A stretch of DNA of 28,899 nucleotides, taken from assembly GCA_002269645.1 (NCBI GenBank), contig NIVC01004998.1:1-28899 (forward strand), written 5' to 3'. The DNA comes from Macrostomum lignano. Its lineage: Eukaryota. The stretch's first letter is position 1. Each line of letters opens with the position of its first letter. The position numbers and the translations under genes are program-made. The notes under the pieces were generated by a model. It had not been told where the DNA came from. It was given only the letters and a program-made list of their open reading frames with translations, and made no database searches. Of this stretch, positions 11,780 to 21,020 are shown piece by piece.

Positions 11780-11925
11780 CACACACTCATGAGGGTCAAC
11801 CACCAAAGCACAGAGAGCTAGTGTTGATGCCTGACGTGCCAGCCTGCGTACAGTATTGGCGCGCTTGCATGTGCTCAGGAGGTGCTCAGGAGTCAGCGGT
11901 ATGGGCAGAATTGCCTCAGCGCTGC
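11780..11925 (+). mobile_element. SINE family 1 partial copy (3' half)
   Basis: CATGAGGGTCAACCACCAAAGCACA, GCCTGCGTAC and GCTCAGGAGTCAGCGGTATGGGCAG match 10330-10475 in the same orientation. Confidence 0.7.
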
Positions 11926-11944
11926 TTGTGGGACGATGGCATTA

Positions 11945-12162
11945 CTGTCTATTGCATATTCAGCCGACTCCCCTGAGCAGGCACACAAGCTTGCGGACAC
12001 GTACACATGAGTGTAAAACGGCCCTAACTTCATTTTATCGTAGGCATGTACACTTTATTGTACTTTGGGGGTTGGCCCTCATGGGTTGTAATAGCTCGAC
12101 CAGACCCAAGCCGAGATTCCAATTCAGGCCCAAATTAATTTGACTGCACTTGGAATCGAGCC
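11945..12162 (-). mobile_element. SINE family 1 copy, 5'-truncated at the B box
   Basis: Reverse complement begins GGCTCGATTCCAAGTGCAGTCA.ATTAATTTGGG.CTGA.TTGGAATCTCGGCTTGG, near-identical to 10246-10300. Confidence 0.8.
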
Positions 12163-12712
12163 CTCCTGGAATTTCGATGTCCGGAAGGCTAATGCGAAAC
12201 CGGCTTTCATATTGTAGAATAGCGTCCTTCTACTTTAGCTAGTTGTCAAAACACGCGTGTTTTGAAAAATATCTGTCCTGCAGTAGATTAACGATGATTC
12301 AGACTGGCATTGGCCATTAGTTGTTTTTATTTTCATTTTCATTTCACGTATATTTCATGGTATCAGACATTGACAGCATTAATGTTCAGCTGCAGTACAT
12401 AATGCATGTATGCATTACTGAATAATAAATACGGACAATGTACTTTTAATTTCAGTCAAAACTATACGTATTTATTACACCTTATGTAACGTACCTTTCC
12501 TACATAATGTACTGAAAGCCTTTTTTCTTAATATTATATTCTAAATTAAAACTAATTAAGGCTTCGAAACTTTTGAATCACCTTTCCCAATTTTAATTGA
12601 GTTATTCGACTTTTTAAGCTCAAAAAGACGAGCTTTCTGTGCAGACAAACCTGCTATTTCATTGTGACTGTCATATCCTTCTTACTTTAGAAGACAGAAC
12701 TTTTTATACCAA

Positions 12713-13155
12713 TCTCCCTTTCTCGCCTCCCCTCCCACTCTACCTCATTTTGTCTCACTCTCCTTCTCTCCCTTTATCCCTCCCTCCCTCTCTCCCTCCT
12801 TCTCTCCACCTCTCCCTCTCTCCCTCTCTCCCTCCCTCCCTCCCTCCTTCTCTCCACCTCTCCCTCTCTCCCTCTCTCCCTCCCTCCCTCCCTCCTTCTC
12901 TCCACCTCTCTCTCTCTCTCTCCCTCTCTCCCTCTCTCCCTCTCTCCCTCTCTCCCTTTATCCCTCTCTGACTCTTTCTCTCCACTCTTCTTCTCTCCCT
13001 CTCTCTCTCCACCTCTTCTTCTCTCCCTCTCTCTCTCCACCTCTTCTTCTCTCCCTCTCTCCCTCTCTCCCTCTCTCCCTCTCTCCCTCTCTCCCTCTCT
13101 CCCTCTCTCCCTCTCTTCTCTCTCCTTCTTTGCCTCCTCTCCCTCTCTATCTCTT
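12713..13155. repeat. Polypyrimidine (CT/CCT) low-complexity tract, ~440 bp
   Basis: Almost exclusively C and T. The ER-rich minus-strand ORFs are artefacts. Confidence 0.95.
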
Positions 13156-13770
13156 TAATAATACCCTACTTTCGATCATAGACTGGTACGTATTATATAA
13201 ATTTTATGGCCATGTATACAACAAGCAACCACAAAAACGTGCAGTCGTGCCTCGTTAGAGCTTTTTACTAGTGTAGCCGGGCCAATTTCTTTGCCAATCT
13301 GTGTCTGCGCCGCTTGAAAGCAGCAGGTGCAGACACAGAAGAAGTAATCTTGTTACCTGCCTCTTGAACTGGTAGACACCAGAAGTTACACCAATTACCA
13401 TGCCGGACAACTGCCGCCTTAGTTACGAGTGTGTGTATATACATGCAGGTACTGCCGCAGGACTGACAGTGAAGAAATTCAATTAGTAGTAGGGAGGGGG
13501 GCAAGCGTTTGGTTTCGGGGGTGCAAAAAACCCACATTGTGGACTTTTCAGCTTTCCGACGAGCCCGAAGGTTGCCTACAAATAAAACTATTCGGCTTGG
13601 AAGTCAATTTTACTGGTATAAGCCATGTTCAGCTGCAGTAAAAATTATTTTTGATTAGAGCTCTATTAAAAACATTTGTTATATTCGTTTAGTAATTTGA
13701 TCCGGGCTAAACACAGTTAATTTTCATACTGCATGCATATACTAGTAATTTTATAAAGCGCCCACCAAAA

Positions 13771-14095
13771 GACGGGGGTGCACACCAAGAGACAGGGACG
13801 CCCACTAAGAGACAGGGGCGCCCAAAAAGAGACAGGGGTGCCCACCAAGAGACAGGGGTGCCCACCAAGAGACAGGGGTGCCCACCAAGAGACAGGGGCG
13901 CCCACCAAAAGACAGGGACGCCCACCAAGAGACAGGGGCGCCAATCAAGAGACAGGGGCGCCCAAAAAGAGACAGGGTGCCCACCAAGAGATAGGAACGC
14001 CCACCAAGAGACAGGGTGCCCACCAAGAGATAGGGACGCCCATTAAGAGATAGGAGAGTCCACCAAGAGACAGGGGCGCCAACCAAGAGACACAC
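13771..14095. repeat. 20-bp minisatellite (CCCACCAAGAGACAGGGG[T/C]G), ~16 copies
   Basis: Direct tandem repetition with variants. Confidence 0.95.
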
Positions 14096-14748
14096 CGAAT
14101 TCATATGTACGCCACATGCAGATATCAAACGTTTATCTAAAACGATAACGGTGTCATAGTTCTGCAGCATTGCATTACTCTATAGCAGCTGTGTCAGCTT
14201 GAACCCATTCTCAACACGGCCTGAACTGAGCAAAATCTCAGTACAAGATGTGCATCTGCAGCAGGCAATCGGCGTCGCCAGGCTATCATGGTTGGCTTAG
14301 CCTCGATCAAAAAAATGTCAGAGAAGAAAAAGCAGCAGAATTGGGAAAGCAACAAGAGCTAAAACTTTCTGAAAAGTTTTGCCGCAAGAAAAAGCCAGAC
14401 TGACCTCTCGAGACATCTGGCACAGCCCATACAGCAAAGAGGCACAAGATCCAAGGATTAGGGAAATTCAGCCTCTATAGATAGGGCCGTGATTTCAGAA
14501 AACCAACAGCTTCAACTTCCGAAATAATCACGCCTGACTGGCGCATTGTGCAGACACTCGGTGCAAATAGAAAAGGGGGCTCGATAGAATTTATCAGCTA
14601 GCGGGATCACTGCTTCGATAAAGAGAGGTTCTGAAGCATCTATTGACTGTGAAGCAGGCCCACATCCTTTCAGCAATTATCGTGCGGCTGACAGCCCAGT
14701 CGGGATTCTAGTCTCTTCTAATCTAGCCTTGTCTAGTCCTATCGATCA

Positions 14749-15107
<359 letters not shown>

Positions 15108-15108
<1 letters not shown>

Positions 15109-15318
15109 GTCGTAGGGCTTACTTCTGTCCTCCAACTATCCCACTAACTGCTACCAAGTTGTCGTAGGCGTATTGGCTCTCTATAGAAATCTCAACTGCT
15201 GACACCAAGTTGTACTAGGGCTATTCCTTCTTACTAGTACTCTATATACTTCACCACCAAGTTGTAACAGGTCTTTAATAATTTCCTTATTAAATTTCTA
15301 CTGCTGACACTAAATCTT
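15108..15318. repeat. Four ~52-bp units with conserved junctions (ACTGCT[GAC]ACCAAGTTGT..TAGG) and divergent spacers
   Basis: ACCAAGTTGT occurs at 15153, 15204 and 15256. TGTCGTAGG occurs at 15108 and 15160. A degenerate fourth junction lies at ~15300-15318. Confidence 0.7.
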
Positions 15319-15362
15319 GCCTTAATGTTTCTAACTGTTTCTTAGAATCTTATATATTTTCT

Positions 15363-15553
15363 GGGTAGCGTTCTTAGTAGTGTTCTGGTAGCGTTCTTAG
15401 CATATGGTCTGGTAGTGTTCTTAGCATATGGTCTGGTAGCGTTCTTAGCATATGGTCTGGTAGCGTTCTTAGCATATGGTCTGGTAGCGTTCTTAGCATA
15501 TGGTCTGGTAGCGTTCTTAGTATATGGTCTGGTAGCGTTCTTAGTATATGGCC
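15363..15553. repeat. 24-bp minisatellite (GGTAGCGTTCTTAGCATATGGTCT), ~7-8 copies
   Basis: Direct tandem repetition. The 67-aa AFLAYGLV ORF is a by-product. Confidence 0.95.
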
Positions 15554-15777
15554 TGAGCGGTCTTACTGGTATATGTACTTTCTCTCTCTTTCTCCAGTCT
15601 GGGCGTTACCGAGATTAGAGGGTCACAGCGATTACTCTTAGTATTAATTCTCTTTGCATGAATTCCCAATTCTGACTTTCAATACTTCTTAGAATAAAAT
15701 GAGCAATGATCTGAGAATAGTTTATCGAACACGTTTTGAGCTTATAGCTAGCGAACGAGTTATCTTTTCCTTCCTAC

Positions 15778-15971
15778 TGTAGTCTGGCTTGTTGGTGCGC
15801 GTGCACTTAGATGTGCACGTCTGGCTGGTTTGGGGGTTGGGGTTTAGCGCTGCGGCGTGTGCGTGCTTAGGGTGGTTACACCCACCCCAACTTTGGCAAT
15901 AAATATATTGGCGTGAGCCAGTGAGGTCTCCTCACGTTTTGATTCTCTGCAATTCAACCCACGGTCTTACA
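15778..15971 (+). repeat. 5' LTR (194 bp)
   Basis: TGTAGTC...TCTTACA, identical by eye to the 3' LTR. AATAAA at 15898-15903. Confidence 0.98.
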
Positions 15972-15972
15972 C

Positions 15973-15985
15973 TGGTGGCAGCGGT
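15973..15985 (+). other. Primer-binding site complementary to the tRNA-Leu 3' end
   Basis: TGGTGGCAGCGGT lies one base after the LTR and is the reverse complement of ACCGCTGCCACCA, the 3' end of eukaryotic tRNA-Leu(AAG/TAG) as recalled. Confidence 0.85.
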
Positions 15986-15991
15986 CTCAGT

Positions 15992-16786
15992 ATGGCCAAA
16001 TCAGAGCAAGCCAGTTTATTGCCTCCAAAGTTCAGCGGCGACTCCAACGTGAGAATGTGGCTAAGCACGTTTGAGGACTTCGCCGACGACTGCGAATGGG
16101 ACGACAAGAAGAAGGCAAAGAAGCTGAGACTGCTGGTGACAGGAGAAGCGCAAATCTTCGTCTGGGAGCAGCCGGCAGACGTGTCAGCCAGCTATGAAAG
16201 GCTGAAGGAGAAGCTGATCGAGTGCTTCGGCAACAGTCTGAGCTGCTACAGAGCAATGGAGGAGTTTGAAGAGCGAAAGCGACAGCCCAACGAGTCGCTG
16301 AGGGAGCTCGCTTACAGCCTGAAGCTTCTCCACCTTCGGGCCCGCCCGGACGACTCCGTGGCGGCTCGGGAAAAGGACGTGAAGTTTCGTCTGATGCGCC
16401 TCCTGCCATCTGCCGTGAGAGATGCGCTGTTGAAGGACCAGGACGCGGACTCGTGTTCGCTGGCCGCCATCGTCGACAGAGCTGCGCAGCTTGAGCTGGT
16501 GAGCCACGCAACTACAGCCTCATCAGCCGCGGTGTCGGTAGAAGACAGACGGCTGAGCCAGCTGGAGCAGCAGATGCAGCAGCTGACAGCCAGCGTGCGA
16601 ACGGGACCACCCGGAAGAGACAGGCGTCAGAAGGGACCCATTAAGTGCTTCAGCTGCGGCGAGCCGGGTCACATTGCTAGGCGGTGCCCAAAGGCGATCG
16701 GCAGCCGCTGCAGCCGGTGCTCAGGCAAGGGTCACTCCGCCGCGGTGTGCCCGACACCAACTGGTCAGCCGCAGGGAAACTTCTGA
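15992..16786 (+). CDS. gag: Gag (264 aa) with two CCHC zinc knuckles
   Basis: Capsid-like N-terminus (PPKFSGD..VRMWL..FE). CFSCGEPGHIARRC and CSRCSGKGHSAAVC both fit CX2CX4HX4C. Confidence 0.95.
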   Translation: MAKSEQASLLPPKFSGDSNVRMWLSTFEDFADDCEWDDKKKAKKLRLLVTGEAQIFVWEQPADVSASYERLKEKLIECFGNSLSCYRAMEEFEERKRQPNESLRELAYSLKLLHLRARPDDSVAAREKDVKFRLMRLLPSAVRDALLKDQDADSCSLAAIVDRAAQLELVSHATTASSAAVSVEDRRLSQLEQQMQQLTASVRTGPPGRDRRQKGPIKCFSCGEPGHIARRCPKAIGSRCSRCSGKGHSAAVCPTPTGQPQGNF

Positions 16787-16832
16787 GGGTCGGCAGCCTG
16801 GGGCCAGCACCGACCCGCTCAAAAGGGGCCCT
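16774..16832 (+). promoter_or_regulatory. -1 programmed ribosomal frameshift signal: slippery G GGA AAC plus predicted H-type pseudoknot
   Basis: The heptamer 16774-16780 is in gag phase, followed by a 6-nt spacer. Stem 1 is GGGTCGG(16787-93)/CCGACCC(16810-16) and stem 2 is GGGCC(16801-05)/GGCCC(16827-31). pol is in the -1 frame. Confidence 0.85.
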
Positions 16833-19800
16833 CAGATCAGCGCCTTCAGTCTTCGTGAAGGTGCACTTTGGCAGCGTGTCAGCGCCTGCTCTGCTCGACA
16901 CCGGCGCGCAAGTTTCGTTGATGGACAAGTCACTGTTCGACAGACTGCAGTGCAAGATCGACTCCACCGACATCGGTGCGCTGCCGACGGCTGTCGACGG
17001 ATCCCGGCTGCGCTGCCTTGGCCTGTCAGCAGCGGATGTTTCGATCGGCCAGACCATCCGCGTGCGCCATCGCTTCACAGTCGTGGACGGCATCCAGCCC
17101 AGCCTGATCATCGGCATGGACTTCATTGGCGAGGTGTCGCAGGCGATGACCATTGACATTAAAGAAGGCGTCGTCAGGTTCGACGGCACAGCTGTGCCTT
17201 TCAGCAGCGAGCCGGCTCGAGCAGATTGTCGCCTGGTGCCGAGTGTCCTGGTGGCGCGTGTGGCGGCAACTACGGAGCTGCCCGCCCGCAGCGAGAAGCT
17301 GGTGTGGCTCAAGGTGGATTCCAGCGGCGAGCAGGGAGTCTTTGAGCCGTCTGAGGACTTCGTGAAGTCCACTGCCGTCCTGCCGGGCCGCGTGCTGGCG
17401 GTCTCGGACGACTGCCGCATCCCGGTGAAAATGTGCAACCTTGCAGAGGAGCCCGTGCTGCTGTACGCCAACAAGGCGGTCGGCACGTTCGAAGGCGCGA
17501 TGACAGACGGGGACGGTCGCCAGGAGGCGGCCCAGGAGAACCCCGTCGGTTGGAACATCAACGCGGAGCTGCCCGAACCGGATGCTGCGAGGCTGCGACA
17601 GCTGTTGGAGAGCAACGAGGACCTGTTCGCCAGGCACGAGTACGACCTGGGCACGACGGCGTTGCTGCAGCACCAAATCGAGCTGGAGCCGGGAGCGCGG
17701 CCACACCGGCAGGTCCAGCGCCGGCTGCCGCTGTCTGTGCGAGACCAGGTGGACAAGAAGATCGGTCAGATGCTGGAAAGCGGCATCATCGAACCGTCGA
17801 CATCGCCATGGGCCAGCAACCTGCTGGTGGTCCGCAAGAAGAACGGCGACATCAGACTGTGCACGGACTGGCGGCAGCTCAACGCCTGCACGGTCAAGGA
17901 TGCATACCCGCTGCCGCACCTGCAGCAGGCCATGGATGCGCTTGTCGGATGCTCCTGGTTCTCCACCATCGACTGCCGGCAGGGCTACCACCAGGTGGAG
18001 GTGGCGGAGGAGGACCGGTACAAGACGGCTTTCTATTCGACGCGCGGCCTGATGCAATTCTGCAAGATGGGCTTCGGGATGTGCAATGCCCCGGCGACGT
18101 TCCAGCGGCTCATGGAGCTGGTGATGTCCGGCCTGTCCTGGGAGTCCGTGCTGACTTATATCGACGACATCATTGTCTTCAGCAGGACGTTCGACGAGCA
18201 CTTAGAGAGGCTGGCGGAAGTTTTTAAGCGGCTGCGAGACGCGGGACTCAAGCTGCACAAGGCCAAGAGCGCGTTCGGCCATCGCCGGGTGCTGTACCTG
18301 GGACACCTGATCAGCGAGCAGGGCATCGCACCGGATCCCGGCAAGGTCGAGGCCATTCGCAGCATGCCCAGCCCAACGACGAACGAGGAGGTGAAGCGGT
18401 TTCTTGGAATGCTGGGTTTCTACCGCCGGTTCATCCCAGGCTTCAGCCAGACGGCGAGGGTCCTGCACGACGTCAGCGTGAAATCGAGGGACTTCGCGTG
18501 GAGCAGCGACTGCGAGCGAGCGTTCCGCGAGTTGAAGGACCGGCTGACGACAGCTCCGGTGCTGCGACTGCCAGATTTCACCAAGCAGTTTGTGCTCAGC
18601 TGCGACAGCAGTCAGTTCGCCGTCGGCGCGGTGCTCAGCCAGCTGCACGGTGACGCCGAGCTGCCTGTGGCGTTCGCCTCTCGCACCCTCAACAAGGCCG
18701 AGCGCAACTACTCGGCGACCGACCGCGAGCTGCTGGCGCTTGTCTGGAGTTTGAAGCACTTCAGGACGTACCTGCTGAGTGTTCCGAGCTTCAGAGTCTA
18801 CTCGGACCACCGGCCACTGCAAGGTCTGCTGGCAACGAAGGACCCCGAAGGTCGGCTGGCGCGATGGCTTTCTACGCTGCAGCAGTTTTCGTTCGAGCTG
18901 CTGTACCGGCCTGGCATGGACAACGTCGTGCCGGATGCGCTGAGCCGGGTGGCCGGCACGCGCCTGCAGCCTCGGTGGGACGACAGCCGCCTGCACGAGG
19001 AGCAACTGCAAGATCCGCTGCTGAGCAAGGCGTTCCAGGCGCTGACCGAAGGGATTGACAGCCTGTCCGATTCATGGGCGGCGCAGGTTCGCGAGCTGCT
19101 GGACGAGGCCTCGGTGAGCTCGGCGGGAGTCCTGCTGGTCGGTGGCCGGCCAGTCATTCCCGGTCATCTGCGGCCACATTTCCTGCAGCAGGCGCACTCG
19201 TGTGACCAGAGCGGACACCTCGGCGTCGACAAGACCGGAGCGAGATTGTCTGAGCGCTGCTGGTGGCCTGGTCTGCGACGGGACGTCGAGAACTGGGTGG
19301 CCAGCTGTGCGGTCTGCCTGGCCAAGAAGAGTCCAACCAAGCCGCAGAAGGCGCCGCTACAGTCGACGTGCCAGCCGACGGCTCCGTGGCAGCTGGTGCA
19401 GATCGACATCAAAGGGCCGCTTCCGCGTACGACTGATGGCAAGGCGTACATCCTGAGCATGTGCGACGCCTTCTCCAAGTGGATGGAGACGGCAGCCCTG
19501 GCGGCGATCGACGCGGTTACGGTGGCGGATGCGCTGCTCAAGTCGGTGGTTCTGCGTCACGGCGCTCCTCAGGTGCTGCACAGTGACCAGGGACGGCAAT
19601 TCGAGAGCGAGGTGTTCGGCCGGCTCTGCGAGAAGCTGGGCGTCGAAAAGACGCGCACGTCGCCGTTTCATCCGAGCGGCAACGGAATCGTCGAGCGAGG
19701 CAACCGGACGCTCGGCGATATGCTGGCGACGACGGTGGCCGAGAACCAGCAGGATTGGGACAGCAAGCTGCCATATGTGACCTGGGCCTACAACACCTCC

Positions 19801-20490
19801 GTGCACAGCACCATCGGCCTCAGTCCGTACCAGGTCCTCCACGGCTGGCCACCGAGGCTGGATCTCGACAGCTGGCTGATAAGCGGCGACCGGCCGGCAG
19901 CCGACGGTGGACATCACGGCTTCCTGCGGCGGACTCAGGAGAACCTGCAGAGCGCCTTCGACACGGTGCACGGCCGACTGCGGAGCGCCCAGGCCGAGCG
20001 CAACCGGCTGGCCAACCAGGACTCTCGGTTTGTGCCGTTCGAAGAGGGCCAGCTCGTGATGCTGCGCAACTCCGTCGTCAAGCGCGGCCAGACGCGGTGT
20101 TTGAGCGCCAAGTGGAAGGGGCCGTACCGAGTCCTGAGGCGCCTGGGCGAGGTCAATTACCGCATCCAGGACGAGACCGGCCGCAGGCGCCGGCTGGTGG
20201 TGCACCACGACCGCCTCAAGTGCTTCGTGCAGCGGCGGGCGTCACTGGAGCTTCCGGCCGCAGCAGACCACCAGCCGCCGGCCGCCGACTTCGACAACGA
20301 CGGCACCGTCGCTGAGCCGCCCGGGCAGGCGGCCGATCCTGGCGGCGACGCGGTGACCTTCTGGCCCGAGCTGCAGGCAGACGAGGCACCCGAGGAGCAG
20401 CCGGCGGCACCGGCCGAGCCGGTCACGGTTCCGCGGCGGTCGGCGAGAGAGCGGCGGCCACCTGACTTGTACATGGCGGGCTTTGCTTGA
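16780..20490 (+). CDS. pol: Pol polyprotein (aspartic protease, RT, RNase H, integrase), expressed as a Gag-Pol fusion
   Basis: Open frame 16684..20490. Motifs: ALLDTGAQVS (PR), YIDDIIVFS (RT), CDSS...ERNYSATDRE...YSDHRPL (RNase H), H..GH...C..C zinc finger, IDIKGP / SDQGRQF / NGIVER (DDE), KWKGPY (GPY/F). Confidence 0.97.
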   Translation, partial: LLRVGSLGPAPTRSKGALRSAPSVFVKVHFGSVSAPALLDTGAQVSLMDKSLFDRLQCKIDSTDIGALPTAVDGSRLRCLGLSAADVSIGQTIRVRHRFTVVDGIQPSLIIGMDFIGEVSQAMTIDIKEGVVRFDGTAVPFSSEPARADCRLVPSVLVARVAATTELPARSEKLVWLKVDSSGEQGVFEPSEDFVKSTAVLPGRVLAVSDDCRIPVKMCNLAEEPVLLYANKAVGTFEGAMTDGDGRQEAAQENPVGWNINAELPEPDAARLRQLLESNEDLFARHEYDLGTTALLQHQIELEPGARPHRQVQRRLPLSVRDQVDKKIGQMLESGIIEPSTSPWASNLLVVRKKNGDIRLCTDWRQLNACTVKDAYPLPHLQQAMDALVGCSWFSTIDCRQGYHQVEVAEEDRYKTAFYSTRGLMQFCKMGFGMCNAPATFQRLMELVMSGLSWESVLTYIDDIIVFSRTFDEHLERLAEVFKRLRDAGLKLHKAKSAFGHRRVLYLGHLISEQGIAPDPGKVEAIRSMPSPTTNEEVKRFLGMLGFYRRFIPGFSQTARVLHDVSVKSRDFAWSSDCERAFRELKDRLTTAPVLRLPDFTKQFVLSCDSSQFAVGAVLSQLHGDAELPVAFASRTLNKAERNYSATDRELLALVWSLKHFRTYLLSVPSFRVYSDHRPLQGLLATKDPEGRLARWLSTLQQFSFELLYRPGMDNVVPDALSRVAGTRLQPRWDDSRLHEEQLQDPLLSKAFQALTEGIDSLSDSWAAQVRELLDEASVSSAGVLLVGGRPVIPGHLRPHFLQQAHSCDQSGHLGVDKTGARLSERCWWPGLRRDVENWVASCAVCLAKKSPTKPQKAPLQSTCQPTAPWQLVQIDIKGPLPRTTDGKAYILSMCDAFSKWMETAALAAIDAVTVADALLKSVVLRHGAPQVLHSDQGRQFESEVFGRLCEKLGVEKTRTSPFHPSGNGIVERGNRTLGDMLATTVAENQQDWDSKLPYVTWAYNTSVHSTIGLSPYQVLHGWPPRLDLDSWLISGDRPAADGGHHGFLRRTQENLQSAFDTVHGRLRSAQAERNRLANQDSRFVPFEEGQLVMLRNSVVKRGQTRCLSAKWKGPYRVLRRLGEVNYRIQDETGRRRRLVVHHDRLKCFVQRRASLELPAAADHQPPAADFDNDGTVAEPPGQAADPGGDAVTFWPELQADEAPEEQPAAPAEPVTVPRRSARERRPPDLYMAGFA

Positions 20491-20513
20491 CTCTGGAACT
20501 GTCTTTTGCTTCT

Positions 20514-20526
20514 AGGGGGAAAGTAG
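20514..20526 (+). other. Polypurine tract
   Basis: AGGGGGAAAGTAG immediately precedes the 3' LTR. Confidence 0.85.
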
Positions 20527-20720
20527 TGTAGTCTGGCTTGTTGGTGCGCGTGCACTTAGATGTGCACGTCTGGCTGGTTTGGGGGTTGGGGTTTAGCGCT
20601 GCGGCGTGTGCGTGCTTAGGGTGGTTACACCCACCCCAACTTTGGCAATAAATATATTGGCGTGAGCCAGTGAGGTCTCCTCACGTTTTGATTCTCTGCA
20701 ATTCAACCCACGGTCTTACA
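20527..20720 (+). repeat. 3' LTR (194 bp)
   Basis: Same sequence as the 5' LTR, followed by TSD CTAC. Confidence 0.98.
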
Positions 20721-21020
20721 CTACAATTCTCTTCTTTTTATACTAGTTGATCGCGAGTATTTTTAATTTATCTATCTATGTATCTGTTCTGTGTCTCAGT
20801 GTGTCTAGGAAACCTATCTAGAGAGACAAATCCCTTTTCAAAATCCTGTGGTTTACTTTTTTGATGCCTTACACCGCTAGGCCAGGATTGGCTGGGTCTC
20901 GCACAGAAATCCTGAAACATCAAGCTATGCATATAAGACTTCTTCCAACCCCGGCTGAAACAAAGCTTATTCTCGCCAGAAGTTTAAGCATAATCAGCAG
21001 TCTGCAATTCCAACTCCAAA

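Larger units (their letters stand above)
15778..20720 (+). mobile_element. Full-length Ty3/Gypsy (Metaviridae) LTR retrotransposon, 4943 bp
   Basis: Paired LTRs TG...CA, 4-bp TSD CTAC (15774-15777 and 20721-20724), PBS, PPT, gag, and pol in PR-RT-RNaseH-INT order. No env. Confidence 0.98.

Noticed and set aside
13268-14720. Degenerate LINE ORF2 fragments (VSAPAAFKRR on minus; SNYR on plus)
   Set aside because: Motifs are too short and surrounded by stops, so they cannot be supported without tBLASTn.
15866-15872. Telomeric TTAGGG in the LTR
   Set aside because: A single hexamer, expected by chance in a G-rich tract.
15956-15971. LTR end ACGGTCTTA resembles recalled flatworm spliced-leader sequence
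   Set aside because: Only about 9 nt, recalled from memory, with no Sm site or donor following. It is the normal LTR terminus.
16677-20208. Long antisense ORFs (359, 391, 269, 283 aa) over pol, and 7034..7804 over paralog B
   Set aside because: Expected shadows of GC-rich codon usage, with no recognisable domains.
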